NCBI GenBank assembly: GCA_038870975.1
Contig: JAVZJD010000001.1
Location: 640,001 to 704,000, forward strand
Length of the DNA: 64,000 nt
Reading direction: 5' to 3'
Source: Candidatus Bathyarchaeia archaeon
GTDB taxonomy: Archaea > Thermoproteota > CALKCG01 > B24
Positions 28,906-39,606 of the stretch are shown one piece after another. The position numbers and the translations under genes are program-made. The notes beneath the pieces are model-generated. The model saw only the letters and a program-made list of their open reading frames with translations, searched no databases and was not told where the DNA came from. Position 1 is the stretch's first letter. Each line of letters begins with the position of its first letter.

Positions 28906-31900
28906 CTGTCATTTATTCTACGACTTATTGCGATTCTTTGACCCTTTGAAGCACACACTGGCTTCTTAAGCTCTACCGTGACGCGATTTTCTCTAACGTC
29001 TTTTACAGTGCCAAGTGTTACCGCTGTTAAAATGTTTAAAAGTAAGGGCTCCTTTAATTTTATCTTCTCCACTTTAAGTTGTTTTACAGCTCCGATTACC
29101 GTCTCAAAAAGTGAGACGTCTAATGTTATTTCACTAACTATGTCAGGTAGCATATCGGGCTTACCGACTACATTTCCAGCGAGGTTGTCGGCTTTGGTCA
29201 AACTCGGGTCTAGACTCGTACCTACACCTACCAATCCACCACATCTAGCCTCCTTAACATTTAAACCGCCATGTCTCAGTGAGACTATTCTCGTCATAAG
29301 AGGTTGAGCTATACTCCGGCCAGAGTTATCAGTTGATACTATCCCTGGGCGTATTTCAATTTCATCTCCAACTCTAAGCACACCCTGAACTATGGTCCCT
29401 CCAATCACTCCTCCAGAAAGCTCCGTAGCTCTTGTTCCAGGCTTGTTAATGTCGAACGATCTTACGACGTACATTAGCGGGGGTTTTAAGGGGTCTCGTT
29501 TAGGCGTAGGTATGTACTTCTCAATAGCCTCTATTAAGTAGTCTATATTAACTTTGTTCTGAGCAGATATGGGTATTATAGGGGCGTCTTCGGCTATTGT
29601 TCCTTTAACGAATTCCTTAATCTGCTGATAGTTTTTCAGGGCTTCTTGCGGCGTCACAAGTTCAATCTTGTTCTGAGCGATTACAATATTTTTGACACCA
29701 ACTATTTCTAAAGCAGCTAGATGCTCCTTTGTCTGAGGTTGAGGACACGGCTCGTTAGCGGCTATAACAAGTATGGCGCCATCCATGACGGCGGCTCCCG
29801 AAAGCATAGTTGCCATAAGTACTTCATGGCCAGGGGCGTCTACAAAGCTCACAACCCTAAGAAGTTCTGTCTTAGATCCACAGTTTGGACATGTCTGTTG
29901 AGTGGAGTAGCATTTTGGAGGTGGGCAGACTGGGCATTTGTAAAACCCTGCGTCGGCATATCCCAGTTTAATTGTGATACCTCTTTTTATCTCTTCACTA
30001 TGTCTACTTGTCCAAACGCCAGTTAAAGCCTCTACAAGCGTAGTATTATGACATATTATAGCTCCATCTCCGGCTACAAAGTTGGCGGTTTTCGGTACCA
30101 CTAGATCGATGACGTAACCTTTATAGTCTGACGAAGTTATTTCTGAAATTCTATCGAATAGGATGTCTGCGTCAAGTAGCATTCTAAAACGTTTAACAAA
30201 AGCCTTACACGAAGCCAAAGCGTCTTTTGTATATGAAACCAGGAAATCATAAACTAGGCGTACTGTTTTTGGGTCGTTTGAATTTAAAGCTCCTAGTAAT
30301 TTTTTCCTTGAAAGTCCTAATACTTCAGCCAACCTTTCCTGAGAGATTCCTAAAAGGAGTGCATGAGCCTTAAGCCTATCAGGCTCTAAGGTAAGTCCAT
30401 GAGAAGAGCGCTCTAAGATATTGAGTTGAAACTCTATATCTGATAGTAGTTCCCTTAGCTTTCCGTAGCTTAGTCTATGAGTTCTTTTACATGCTTCGTA
30501 GGCTTTATACCATGATGACCCTTTCATACGTAACTCATTTTTAGACTTATTAAAGTGTTCGCGCTTCAGACCTATGAGTGAACAGACTCTTGAGATTTCA
30601 TTATAGTCAACCTCTATAGAAAAGTTCGTTTCTTTAGACATATCATAAATTCTTCTAAGATACTCTTCAAGGTCATACTTTTTTCCATCCTCAAAACCTA
30701 TGTTATTTAAAAACCTTTTCAGGTTATCTCTGCCTGAGATCGATAACCTATGGTACTCTCTATGTCTTACTTTATCAAACTTTATGTTAAATCGGCTAAC
30801 TATGCCAAACCTAAGTAAGAGATAAGACAATATGATGACGTTATCTAAATTTGCTTGAGTAATTGATATCTGTCCAGATCTAGAGTTAAATTCTCCATCT
30901 AACGTAAAGAACCATCTTAAAAAAGTAGAAGCGTGTTCTTGCTTTAAACCAATAACCCACGACGGGATGGGTGAAGCTCTTTTATTCCCAGGTTTAAACC
31001 CAAATTTTAGCTTCAGGTAATCTATCAGAGGCTTACAATTGAGGTGGTAATTGATTTTTCCTGCGTGTTTAAATTCAACGCCAAACTTTTGCTTAGTTAT
31101 TTCTAGCACTTGTTTTAACATGGTCATCTGCTCCTTCTGAGCTATAGTTATTCTTCTATTAGAACTCGTTCCCTCAGACCATACGAATGCAAACCACTTT
31201 ACTAGGTCCTCATCTATTCCCTTTATATCTTTTAGAATCCTGTATTGGCATCCCCCTTTTCTCCTATAGGCGACCAAAAACTCGTCTTCTTTTAGAGTTG
31301 TTGGAGAAACAACCTTCAAGAGCTCGTTAAACTTCTCCTTAAAATTGTTATCGAAGTCTTTCTTCCCCTTAAAGACCTTGAGTACTTCGTCATAGCTCAA
31401 CCCCAGCTTCTTTGAAAGCTCTTTCATCGACATCCCAAGAAGAATTCTGAGCATTTCTAAGTCTTGAAGTGTAAGTCCATCTGTTCTCTTAAAATTCTCT
31501 GTAAGCTCCTTAAGTTTAAGGTAATCGACATATGTTACGATTTTGTAGTATTCTCTAAGATTCTCTATCACATCTGGAAATTCAAGTCTTTGACCATTTA
31601 GCTTCAATTCACGGGCAATAGCTATCTGTTCTCCTACCTTTAGCTCCATAGCTTTCACCCACTTCAATAAGCCCCGTCTATTGACTAAAAGGGGATGCGC
31701 TGGTGTTACACTGATCCTCCTTCCACTCGATGTACGTAAATGAATAATCTTACCGTTATAAGGTTGTAAATATACGTAGGCTTCGTTATCTGATAGCTTT
31801 AGCTCTTGGTCTAAACTCTTTACCATGCTCTCAGGAAGTTGATAGACGACGCAATCCTCCGACTGGCTTTGAAGCGTTAAACGTTTACCCTTAGCTTCAG

Positions 31901-32039
31901 CTATATCTTTAAGTTCATAACCCTTCATCAGATGTCCATTAAAAAGTATGACCTGGTCTAAACTCAAGCATTTGCCATGGTCGACGTGCCCGGCGGTGCC
32001 TATATTACACTCGGGGGTTTTTTCGTAGACTTTCGACAT
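28872..32039 (-). CDS. eif2g: Translation initiation factor aIF2 gamma subunit, intein-containing precursor (413 aa mature)
   Basis: [30 protein letters not shown], Zn-finger, DAPGHE, QNKIE and WRLIGYG. Confidence 0.95.
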   Translation of the reverse strand: MSKVYEKTPECNIGTAGHVDHGKCLSLDQVILFNGHLMKGYELKDIAEAKGKRLTLQSQSEDCVVYQLPESMVKSLDQELKLSDNEAYVYLQPYNGKIIHLRTSSGRRISVTPAHPLLVNRRGLLKWVKAMELKVGEQIAIARELKLNGQRLEFPDVIENLREYYKIVTYVDYLKLKELTENFKRTDGLTLQDLEMLRILLGMSMKELSKKLGLSYDEVLKVFKGKKDFDNNFKEKFNELLKVVSPTTLKEDEFLVAYRRKGGCQYRILKDIKGIDEDLVKWFAFVWSEGTSSNRRITIAQKEQMTMLKQVLEITKQKFGVEFKHAGKINYHLNCKPLIDYLKLKFGFKPGNKRASPIPSWVIGLKQEHASTFLRWFFTLDGEFNSRSGQISITQANLDNVIILSYLLLRFGIVSRFNIKFDKVRHREYHRLSISGRDNLKRFLNNIGFEDGKKYDLEEYLRRIYDMSKETNFSIEVDYNEISRVCSLIGLKREHFNKSKNELRMKGSSWYKAYEACKRTHRLSYGKLRELLSDIEFQLNILERSSHGLTLEPDRLKAHALLLGISQERLAEVLGLSRKKLLGALNSNDPKTVRLVYDFLVSYTKDALASCKAFVKRFRMLLDADILFDRISEITSSDYKGYVIDLVVPKTANFVAGDGAIICHNTTLVEALTGVWTSRHSEEIKRGITIKLGYADAGFYKCPVCPPPKCYSTQQTCPNCGSKTELLRVVSFVDAPGHEVLMATMLSGAAVMDGAILVIAANEPCPQPQTKEHLAALEIVGVKNIVIAQNKIELVTPQEALKNYQQIKEFVKGTIAEDAPIIPISAQNKVNIDYLIEAIEKYIPTPKRDPLKPPLMYVVRSFDINKPGTRATELSGGVIGGTIVQGVLRVGDEIEIRPGIVSTDNSGRSIAQPLMTRIVSLRHGGLNVKEARCGGLVGVGTSLDPSLTKADNLAGNVVGKPDMLPDIVSEITLDVSLFETVIGAVKQLKVEKIKLKEPLLLNILTAVTLGTVKDVRENRVTVELKKPVCASKGQRIAISRRINDRWRLIGYGVIT
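30045..31970 (-). mobile_element. Intein (642 aa) with LAGLIDADG homing endonuclease and HTH insertions
   Basis: N-terminal CLSLDQ, block B VTPAHP, LAGLIDADG-like FAFVWSEG and [10 protein letters not shown], block F VIDLVVP..NFVA, and C-terminal CHN followed by Thr. Confidence 0.95.
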
Positions 32040-32173
32040 TTATGGATCACTTGTGTATAATAAAGAAACGCCATCCAAGTTGATAAACTTTACACCCTAA
32101 TGTATGTCTCCATCTTCAGTCGGAGTCTTACAATCCTAGCCTGAGTTTAAGGCGGTCTTCAAGTGTTAAAAAA

Positions 32174-32710
32174 TTATTTTTTGTCGAGTATTTTTTCTGC
32201 AAATGAAAACAATGCTTCTTTACATTTTTCAAGATAAGATTCTGCTTCCTTCTTTGTAGGTATTCCCCATAGGTCTCTTTCCGTTACTTTCCTATACCAT
32301 TTATTCAATGCTTCTAATTCTTCTTCTAATTCTTCATATTCTTCGTCGGTAAGATTATTCAAGTTTATATTCCTCTCTATTTCCTCTAAAAATTCTTTAC
32401 ACTCTTCAACTATCTCCATATATTCTCTTTCTCTACTCTCTCTAAATTTTTGAAGAATGTTTTTCAAATCTTCGTCTCTTAATGGTTTTGATATGAAAAC
32501 TGTAAACCCCACCTCTTTTAGTTCTTCTAGGGCTTTTAAAATTTCCTTGTTCAAAGTTTCATTAACAGGTATTATACATAGTGAAAGCTTGGGATAGATG
32601 CCTCCAAGCATTTTAAGCCTCCTCCACACTTTAACTTTCAAACGTGATGGCTTTTCAGGGGCCTCATAGAGAAGTATGAAGAATCTATTTGGCTTGTCAA
32701 CGTTTGACAT
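32174..32710 (-). CDS. ChrB N-terminal-like putative regulator
   Basis: LLY..P..PSRLKVKVWRRLK.LG, R.REY.EI.EEC and YEELEEELE.L..W...V..RD. Confidence 0.75.
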   Translation of the reverse strand: MSNVDKPNRFFILLYEAPEKPSRLKVKVWRRLKMLGGIYPKLSLCIIPVNETLNKEILKALEELKEVGFTVFISKPLRDEDLKNILQKFRESREREYMEIVEECKEFLEEIERNINLNNLTDEEYEELEEELEALNKWYRKVTERDLWGIPTKKEAESYLEKCKEALFSFAEKILDKK

Positions 32711-32786
32711 TTCTGTTAAAATATTCCAGTAGAATTTCTATTTATGCATTTTTCTTTCTGTCTGGTTTAAAGAGATCAAAATCTTT

Positions 32787-32808
32787 AAATGTAACCACTG
32801 TTACATTT
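32787..32808. promoter_or_regulatory. Palindromic operator overlapping a TATA box
   Basis: AAATGTAAC-CACT-GTTACATTT, between the divergent ChrB-like gene and ORF 32808. Confidence 0.65.
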
Positions 32809-33518
32809 TGATATGGAGCAAGTTGAAACTATTGGAAAGCGAACATATCAATGCTTTTTCATCCGCACTTACAGATTCACGGATCCTTCCTAGGGAAGGG
32901 GGAATATACTCTTCGCCTTTGAATGTTCGCCCTAATGTAATTTACATAGAAGTTATGAGAAACGGTAGAGTAAACATTGGATGTTGCGAGGGAATAGTGA
33001 GAGAACATGAACGTTTAGCTTTCAACGATCTATCTAAGAAACTCAGTTATCACTTTAGAAACATCCCTAGGGAGTCTATAGAATGGATACAGATACCCTG
33101 TATGAAATTTATAAAAGAGAAGCAATTTCAAGGGATGCCGCCAGGTGTACTATCTGCTAGAGGAGAAGCATGGATTATGTATTATAGAACAGATAACGTG
33201 GTTTTTCCCTGCTATCGAAGTTTTTCGCTAGACTTCGATAAAGGTCGACGTATAACTGTTGTCAGTCCAAGAAATCTGATGAAAGACACCATTACAATAA
33301 GACACCCGGTTTATACAACTGAGATATATACTGGCATCGTATCCATAATAGAGGTTTCAATTCAAGGAATTCTAAAATATACTAAAGGCCATTTTGGTCT
33401 TGGGTCAATAGTCTCCCAATCCCAAGACACAGTTAGCTGTGTATATGTTCTCGGGGATGAAGACTTATCGTATATTTTAAAGACACTTAGTTTAACCACT
33501 ACTAACGAGGCCTTCTAA
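32808..33518 (+). CDS. Hypothetical protein
   Basis: 236-aa ORF at the head of an operon; no motif recognised. Confidence 0.6.
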   Translation: MIWSKLKLLESEHINAFSSALTDSRILPREGGIYSSPLNVRPNVIYIEVMRNGRVNIGCCEGIVREHERLAFNDLSKKLSYHFRNIPRESIEWIQIPCMKFIKEKQFQGMPPGVLSARGEAWIMYYRTDNVVFPCYRSFSLDFDKGRRITVVSPRNLMKDTITIRHPVYTTEIYTGIVSIIEVSIQGILKYTKGHFGLGSIVSQSQDTVSCVYVLGDEDLSYILKTLSLTTTNEAF

Positions 33519-33519
33519 A

Positions 33520-34483
33520 ATGTGTAGAGCAATGAGTTTTCGTGACACGGTAAAATACGTGATAAGTAAACAGGGAATAGATGGTGGCTATCTAAGCTAC
33601 CAGTATATGGGTCTTTTTGAATCCAGCGTAGAAGATACGTACTACGCTCTCAGCGTGCTCAAATTTCTAGGAGTAAAGCCTCCTAATGTATTCAAGACCG
33701 TAAGGTTTCTTAAGGAAGTCCAATTGGCGGATGGTAGCTACCATAGCCTTCGTGTAGCCTTTTTTCGCCATTAAAGCTTTAACTTCTCTACATGAAAAAC
33801 CCAGAGATGTAAATGGAGCTATATCGTATCTTAAAAATTCTTTAAGACTGATGTTAATTGAAGAGGTTGATTCATTTAAACAGTCGATGGATTTTGAAAG
33901 AAAAAGCTATGTAAGTAGAAAAGTTGAAGAAAGTTCATTGGAATCTGTGGATTTACATAATCTATACATTGTAGAAATGCCTACCATGTTATGCAATATA
34001 AATATGGTTACATCCGCTTTTAATCTATTAGGCTACCAGCTAAATGAATTAGAAAGAGAAAATATAGTCAGACTTGTTTTAAAGTTTAAAAATAAAGATG
34101 GCGGTTTTGGATTAAATACTTCATGTATCGACGAAACTTTTCACGCGCTATCTATTTTAATAAACTTAAAGAGCTCTCTTAACGATCTAGATTTACAGAA
34201 TACTATAAAGTGGATATATGAATGTGAGAATCGCTCAGGAGGTTTTAAAATTAAACCAGATATCCCGCTTTCATATTCTCTAGAATATACTTACTATGGC
34301 CTCCAAGCGATGGATTTGCTGAACATTAAACCGGCATTTTCAGATATGCATATTAACTTTATCTACAGCTGCTATAATCCTAATGGTGGTTTCAGGAGGT
34401 CGACAAATCTTGGTATTTCAACGTTAGAAGATACGTTTTACGCAACTTCTTCGCTTAGTACATTGAACGCCATTCTATATTAA
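33520..34483 (+). pseudogene. Prenyltransferase/squalene oxidase-repeat protein split by a +1 frameshift
   Basis: Both halves carry Q..DGG(Y/F) ... TYYA repeats. Removing one T from the T6 run at 33760-33765 gives one continuous frame. Confidence 0.75.
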
Positions 34484-34546
34484 CCATTGATCAACATCTG
34501 CCCACGTAGTTCAATTTAAATAGCGTGTTTAGTACTATAGTATTTC

Positions 34547-35425
34547 ATGTCTCGTATTTTGGAGACCAATGAAGATAGGCTTATTAAAGTTTCAGTTACC
34601 GGAGCCATTTCAAGCCCTACCATACATTATCCGTATCAAATATCTGCCTTCGGCGAGCCAATGGTTTTACCAAGTGTAGGAGGGATTCGATATAATTTAC
34701 GTGTTGGAGACTATGCAACTGGGTGGATGGCGGATCACGTTGAACCAGGTGTAAGCATTAAAAATGCAAATAGTGATGCCAATAGGGCTTTAAATACCCT
34801 ATCATGTATAGGGAATGAGGCCGTGGTGGTTTCAGGTGATGCTAAAGGTTCTAAAGGCACGGTTATCGGCAAACATGGGGGAATTGAACACATCATCGTC
34901 GACTTTCCACCTGAAATTCTAGATAAGCTCAACATAGGTGACAACGTCTTGATTAAAGCTTATGGTGTCGGCTTAAAAATACTGAATATTCCAAGTGTTA
35001 GAATTATGAATCTGGATCCTAAAGTATTGAATCTATTGAATTTGAAGTTTGAAGATGGCTGTTTAACGGTTCCAGTCACCCATTTAGTACCAGCATCGAT
35101 AATGGGTTCAGGCTTAGGAGATATACAGGTGTACAGTGGTGATTATGATATTCAGCTCTTCGATAGAGCTATTGTAAATGAATACCACTTGGAGGATCTT
35201 AGACTAGGAGATCTTGTGGCAATAATGAATGCAGACCATACGTATGGACGGATCTACCTCAGTGGGGCTATCTCCATAGGTATTGTTGTCCACACAGATT
35301 GCGTACTAGCAGGACATGGACCTGGAGTAACCACAATAATGACTTCAAGCGAAGGTAAAATAAAGCCTTTAATAGACTCAAATGCAAATATTGCGAACAT
35401 TCTGAAGTTGAGAAACGATTTTTAA
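34547..35425 (+). CDS. DUF4438 family protein
   Basis: LPSVGGIRYN, ADHVEPGVS, GKHGGIEH, GDYDI and AGHGPGV. Confidence 0.85.
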   Translation: MSRILETNEDRLIKVSVTGAISSPTIHYPYQISAFGEPMVLPSVGGIRYNLRVGDYATGWMADHVEPGVSIKNANSDANRALNTLSCIGNEAVVVSGDAKGSKGTVIGKHGGIEHIIVDFPPEILDKLNIGDNVLIKAYGVGLKILNIPSVRIMNLDPKVLNLLNLKFEDGCLTVPVTHLVPASIMGSGLGDIQVYSGDYDIQLFDRAIVNEYHLEDLRLGDLVAIMNADHTYGRIYLSGAISIGIVVHTDCVLAGHGPGVTTIMTSSEGKIKPLIDSNANIANILKLRNDF

Positions 35426-35456
35426 ATTCGGCAGAGTGCTCTTACCCACTCTATGC

Positions 35457-38096
35457 CTACTGCTTTTTGAATGGCATGAAGCTCCATAGTGACCTGCTGC
35501 CAGCCATACTCATAAGGTCTATGTCTAAAGCGTCGAGAACCTGTTCAAATGTACTCTCAAGGTATTCAATGTATTTGTCTGAATCTATCTCACTCGGGCT
35601 TCTTATAAGTTGGATTGGCTTAACACCTGGATCTGTCACTACTTTAACAAAAGATATTATATCCCCTGCCCGCACATCAACCCCTCTTTGTTTTAAAAGT
35701 AGTGCAGCTTTAACATGCTGGGGGGTCGTCTTCACATATCCTTCAGGAGGTCTACTGAGCATGATTTTGAATGCAAGTTTATCTATTGGCACATTTCCGC
35801 GTTTTATCTTATTATAGCTATCTTTGTAGAGTTCTATTATGTTCTCCTTAGCTTTTTCGAAGTCTTCAGGACTGTTAACCGAGCCGAGGATTTTCATCAT
35901 TTCCATGAATGCATCTTTAATGAACTCCGGAATATGGCGTTTCTTGCCAGTCAATCCTTTTACGTCTACCGTACCATCTTGGTAAACGCCAAGGTAGTTC
36001 TTTTTCCTAGAACTTAATACGACATATCTGTAGACTCTATCTATGTCAAGTTCCATACCGAGTTCCTTTTCAGCCCAGCTAATAAGTTCTTCAATCTGAT
36101 TCTTCGTCGGAGACTTTAAGAATAGTGAATCTGTATCTCCGTATATTACTTCAACTCCCAACGACTCTGCTTTTTCAACAGTCTTCATTATGACATACCT
36201 CCCTATGGATGTTATTGCTTCGGCAACTGTAGGACAATAAAGTGCGAAGTTTTCAGCCCCGAACACCCCGTAAGATGCATTTAAGATAACCTTTAAACTG
36301 CTTTGCACAACATTATACCATTCTCTAACTTCAGGGGGAAGGTTTTTATCTTTAGACCTAGGTTTATACCATTTAACTCTAACGTCTTTAAGGGACCCTA
36401 TGAGTAGACTTGTCATTCCTCTCTCTTTTATACAAATCCAGTGGGTTGTTCCCGGGACCGTCTTGGTTCTACATTCTGGGTGGTTGCAATTCAACGTTTC
36501 ATAACTTATATTATACTGTCGAACTATAGAAGGATACATGGATTGAAAGTCTAAAACAGCAACGTTAAAGTGGACACCTGGTTTAGGCGTTATGACTTCT
36601 CCACCTCTATACTTCTTTCCCTCTATGATGGCTTTCGTTGTTATTTTACCTTTAACTGCTAGGAGGTCTTCCTTTCTAGGGATCAGCCATCCTCGTACAC
36701 GGTGTTCGTAAAGCATCATGTTCCTTATCCAGTTCGATATGCCTTGTCTAGTTAGGTCTTCAACTGGAGTCGAGGTTATTCTTGCAAGAACCATTATGAG
36801 GTTCATTACTAAATCATTATTCATAGAGGTTAATCCGTAGACTATTTGTGAATCCCTAAGGCAGTATTTGGCAAGCTCCATGTACGTAAGTTCGCTAATT
36901 GGCACGTCGATCTCCACTTTTCCCATTCCAAGTAAAGCGTCACCTATTTCATCAAGTGTATTTTCACGGTATTTCTGACCAAAGGCGTATACCTGGATAG
37001 ACTTGTTGAAGAAAAACTTGTAAAGGTCTATGTGTATTCCATTTTTAATCAGTGTGGAATCTCTGCCTCTTTCTATAGGTATTTTATCAGCCTCTATACC
37101 GAGCTTCTTCGCCCTATAGTAGAGATATGGCAGGTCAAAATCGTCACCGTTAAAAGTTAAAATGAAAGGATACTTCTCAATATAATCGAAAACCTTTAAT
37201 ACAAGCTCTTTTTCACTATCGAAATACTCAATTTCCGCATCGACATCTGCTACTCCTTCTTCTACTCCCTCTCTCTTCAGCAACATGACTTTACGTAATC
37301 CATCAGATCCTATTAAGGAGACAGCGACAATTGGATCTTTCGCCTCCTTAGGATTAGGTACTCTTGTAGCCACCTCGCCCGCGACTTCTATGTCTATTGC
37401 CAATCTAGATATCTTTGGGACTCTCAACTCTAGCATGCTAAGCCATCTGAGAATATACTCCATGTACTCCTCTGGCTCATCTTTAAAGACTGTCTTAATA
37501 GTCTCCAGCTTTTCCTTCGGTAGTTCATGTTCAACTTGAATGAGTTTGCCATCTTCAACTTTATACAGCATACCAACTTTCAGCCTTCTATCGAAGATGT
37601 AATTTTCATGGAACTTTATATCTGCCTCCCAAGCCTTGGGAAGAATATCTCTTATGGAATTTCCCACCCTTCCACCTATTGAAAGTGGATCTTTAGCAAT
37701 GATCTTAGTCATGAGTTTTCTCTCGTAGTTTAATGGATCGTATTTTTCAACTATTTCTAACTGTTGAAATCCAGGGTGGGTCACAATTCCCGGGACTTCT
37801 TTCACTTTTTCAGGTGGTAAATCGCTTAAGCAATAGGGTTTGTAACCCGTATTATCATACCATAAGTATATTTTCTGCTCTCTCTCATTATACATTTTTA
37901 AGCATACAGCCCCCCTCTCACCGTCATAGGTTGCTGATACTAAATAGCTAGGAGGTATATCCTTTGCCTCCTCGCTTACAACGGGTTTGATTTTCAACAT
38001 TTGTTCCTCTTCAGTGGGGGCTTCGTCTATTGTTCTTTTCTCCGCATCTGTTTTCTTAGCTAGAAAGTCCATAAGGGTGTAGGTTTTAGAAGGCAT
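35457..38096 (-). CDS. polB: Family B DNA polymerase (B1-like)
   Basis: ExoI DIEV, FNGDDFDLPY, DFQSMYPS, KVILNASYG and YGDTDS. Confidence 0.96.
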   Translation of the reverse strand: MPSKTYTLMDFLAKKTDAEKRTIDEAPTEEEQMLKIKPVVSEEAKDIPPSYLVSATYDGERGAVCLKMYNEREQKIYLWYDNTGYKPYCLSDLPPEKVKEVPGIVTHPGFQQLEIVEKYDPLNYERKLMTKIIAKDPLSIGGRVGNSIRDILPKAWEADIKFHENYIFDRRLKVGMLYKVEDGKLIQVEHELPKEKLETIKTVFKDEPEEYMEYILRWLSMLELRVPKISRLAIDIEVAGEVATRVPNPKEAKDPIVAVSLIGSDGLRKVMLLKREGVEEGVADVDAEIEYFDSEKELVLKVFDYIEKYPFILTFNGDDFDLPYLYYRAKKLGIEADKIPIERGRDSTLIKNGIHIDLYKFFFNKSIQVYAFGQKYRENTLDEIGDALLGMGKVEIDVPISELTYMELAKYCLRDSQIVYGLTSMNNDLVMNLIMVLARITSTPVEDLTRQGISNWIRNMMLYEHRVRGWLIPRKEDLLAVKGKITTKAIIEGKKYRGGEVITPKPGVHFNVAVLDFQSMYPSIVRQYNISYETLNCNHPECRTKTVPGTTHWICIKERGMTSLLIGSLKDVRVKWYKPRSKDKNLPPEVREWYNVVQSSLKVILNASYGVFGAENFALYCPTVAEAITSIGRYVIMKTVEKAESLGVEVIYGDTDSLFLKSPTKNQIEELISWAEKELGMELDIDRVYRYVVLSSRKKNYLGVYQDGTVDVKGLTGKKRHIPEFIKDAFMEMMKILGSVNSPEDFEKAKENIIELYKDSYNKIKRGNVPIDKLAFKIMLSRPPEGYVKTTPQHVKAALLLKQRGVDVRAGDIISFVKVVTDPGVKPIQLIRSPSEIDSDKYIEYLESTFEQVLDALDIDLMSMAGSRSLWSFMPFKKQ

Positions 38097-38239
38097 CTTC
38101 TTCTCAATAGAAACTATAAACGACCTCAGATATTTGTATTATTCTTCGCAGAACCGTTAATATAAAGGGGTCGGTTGTATTGCTAAATCAATATTTTTAA
38201 GCAGGTTTAAAATAAATGATTTCAAGTTGACTGCTGTTT

Positions 38240-39580
38240 ATGATTGTTGAAAGGGCTCTTAAACTCGCTTTTAAAGTCTTCCAACTTGAAGAAAGGGAGA
38301 ATATAGGGTTAAAGTCTGCCGCTAGTAGAGCTAGGGCCCTTCTATCCGAAGGAGACCGCCAGATTTTAGGGTTAGCACATCGTTTAGCATTTGAAACTAT
38401 AAAGTATAGACTGCTCATCGATTATATTCTTGGCGAATTCTACGGTGAGTCTTTAAAAAAGCTTTCAGAGTCTGCTAAATATGCTTCGCAAATTTTAACC
38501 TATGAATTTAAGATAAATGATACCCCGTCCATAAGAATCGACGCCTTCTTAAGAGCTTTGAAGAAAATCCTTAAAAGGGAGGAGTATGCTTCATGCATAC
38601 GTCTTTTCCATTGGCTTGAAGGGGTATCTTTAAATGAAATCCTCAAGGTGGAGGATCCATTAAAATACCTGTCGCTTTCATACTCAAGTCCGAAGTGGCT
38701 CGTAAAGTATTCCATTAGAAATTTCGGCCTTTTGAATGGTTTAAATCTTTTAAAAAGTTTAACTTCATCCCCTCCAACGTATTTCAGAGTTAATACTCTT
38801 AAAGCATCTGAAGACGATATTCTAAATCTACTTTCTGATGAAGGTTTTGAATTCGAGAAAGTTGAATGTTTAAATTATGTTTTCAAGGTTATTGAGTCTG
38901 AAAAACCTATAGTTGCATCTAAAGCCTATAAGGAGGGCTGGATATACATCCAGGATTTATCAAGCTGTTTGGCAGTAGAAGTGTCTGAGCCTAGACCTGG
39001 CTTTACAGTATTAGACGTATGTGCTGCCCCTGGCTCTAAAACTACTCATCTTGCTCAACTAATGGAAAATAGAGGCCGTATAATTTCAATCGAGCTTTCA
39101 AGAAGCCGTGTTAAAACATGGTTTAAAGAGGTCTCCAGAATGGGTGTTTCAATTGCACAAATGGTTTTAGCAGACGCCTCTAAAACCTATCCGCTGAAGC
39201 TTGAGGCAGACGTCGTCCTAATAGATCCACCTTGTTCAAATACTGGGGCTTTCCATAGAGATCCGTCATTAAAATGGAAGACATCACCTGAGCAAATTAG
39301 AAGATTTTCTGAGCTTCAATTATCCATGCTTCTCTCTTCTGTAGACCATGTTAAACCAAATGGGCACATTATATATACTACGTGTAGCATAATGGTCGAA
39401 GAAAATGAAATGGTTATTGAGAGGTTTCTTAATCTAAATTCCGACTTTGAACTGGAAAAAGTGAACTGTTCAATTGGAGATCCAGGTTTAAGAGGTTTTA
39501 AAGACTGTAAAAGGTTATATCCGTATAAACATAACTGTAACGGGTTTTTTATAGCTAAACTTGTAAAAAGAAACAGTTAA
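38240..39580 (+). CDS. RsmB/NOP2/Fmu RNA m5C methyltransferase
   Basis: RVNTLK, QDLSS, DVCAAPGSKT, DPPCS, YTTCS...EENE and GFFIAKL. Confidence 0.93.
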   Translation: MIVERALKLAFKVFQLEERENIGLKSAASRARALLSEGDRQILGLAHRLAFETIKYRLLIDYILGEFYGESLKKLSESAKYASQILTYEFKINDTPSIRIDAFLRALKKILKREEYASCIRLFHWLEGVSLNEILKVEDPLKYLSLSYSSPKWLVKYSIRNFGLLNGLNLLKSLTSSPPTYFRVNTLKASEDDILNLLSDEGFEFEKVECLNYVFKVIESEKPIVASKAYKEGWIYIQDLSSCLAVEVSEPRPGFTVLDVCAAPGSKTTHLAQLMENRGRIISIELSRSRVKTWFKEVSRMGVSIAQMVLADASKTYPLKLEADVVLIDPPCSNTGAFHRDPSLKWKTSPEQIRRFSELQLSMLLSSVDHVKPNGHIIYTTCSIMVEENEMVIERFLNLNSDFELEKVNCSIGDPGLRGFKDCKRLYPYKHNCNGFFIAKLVKRNS

Positions 39581-39606
39581 ATCTCTTTATTTTTTACTGA
39601 ATCTTA

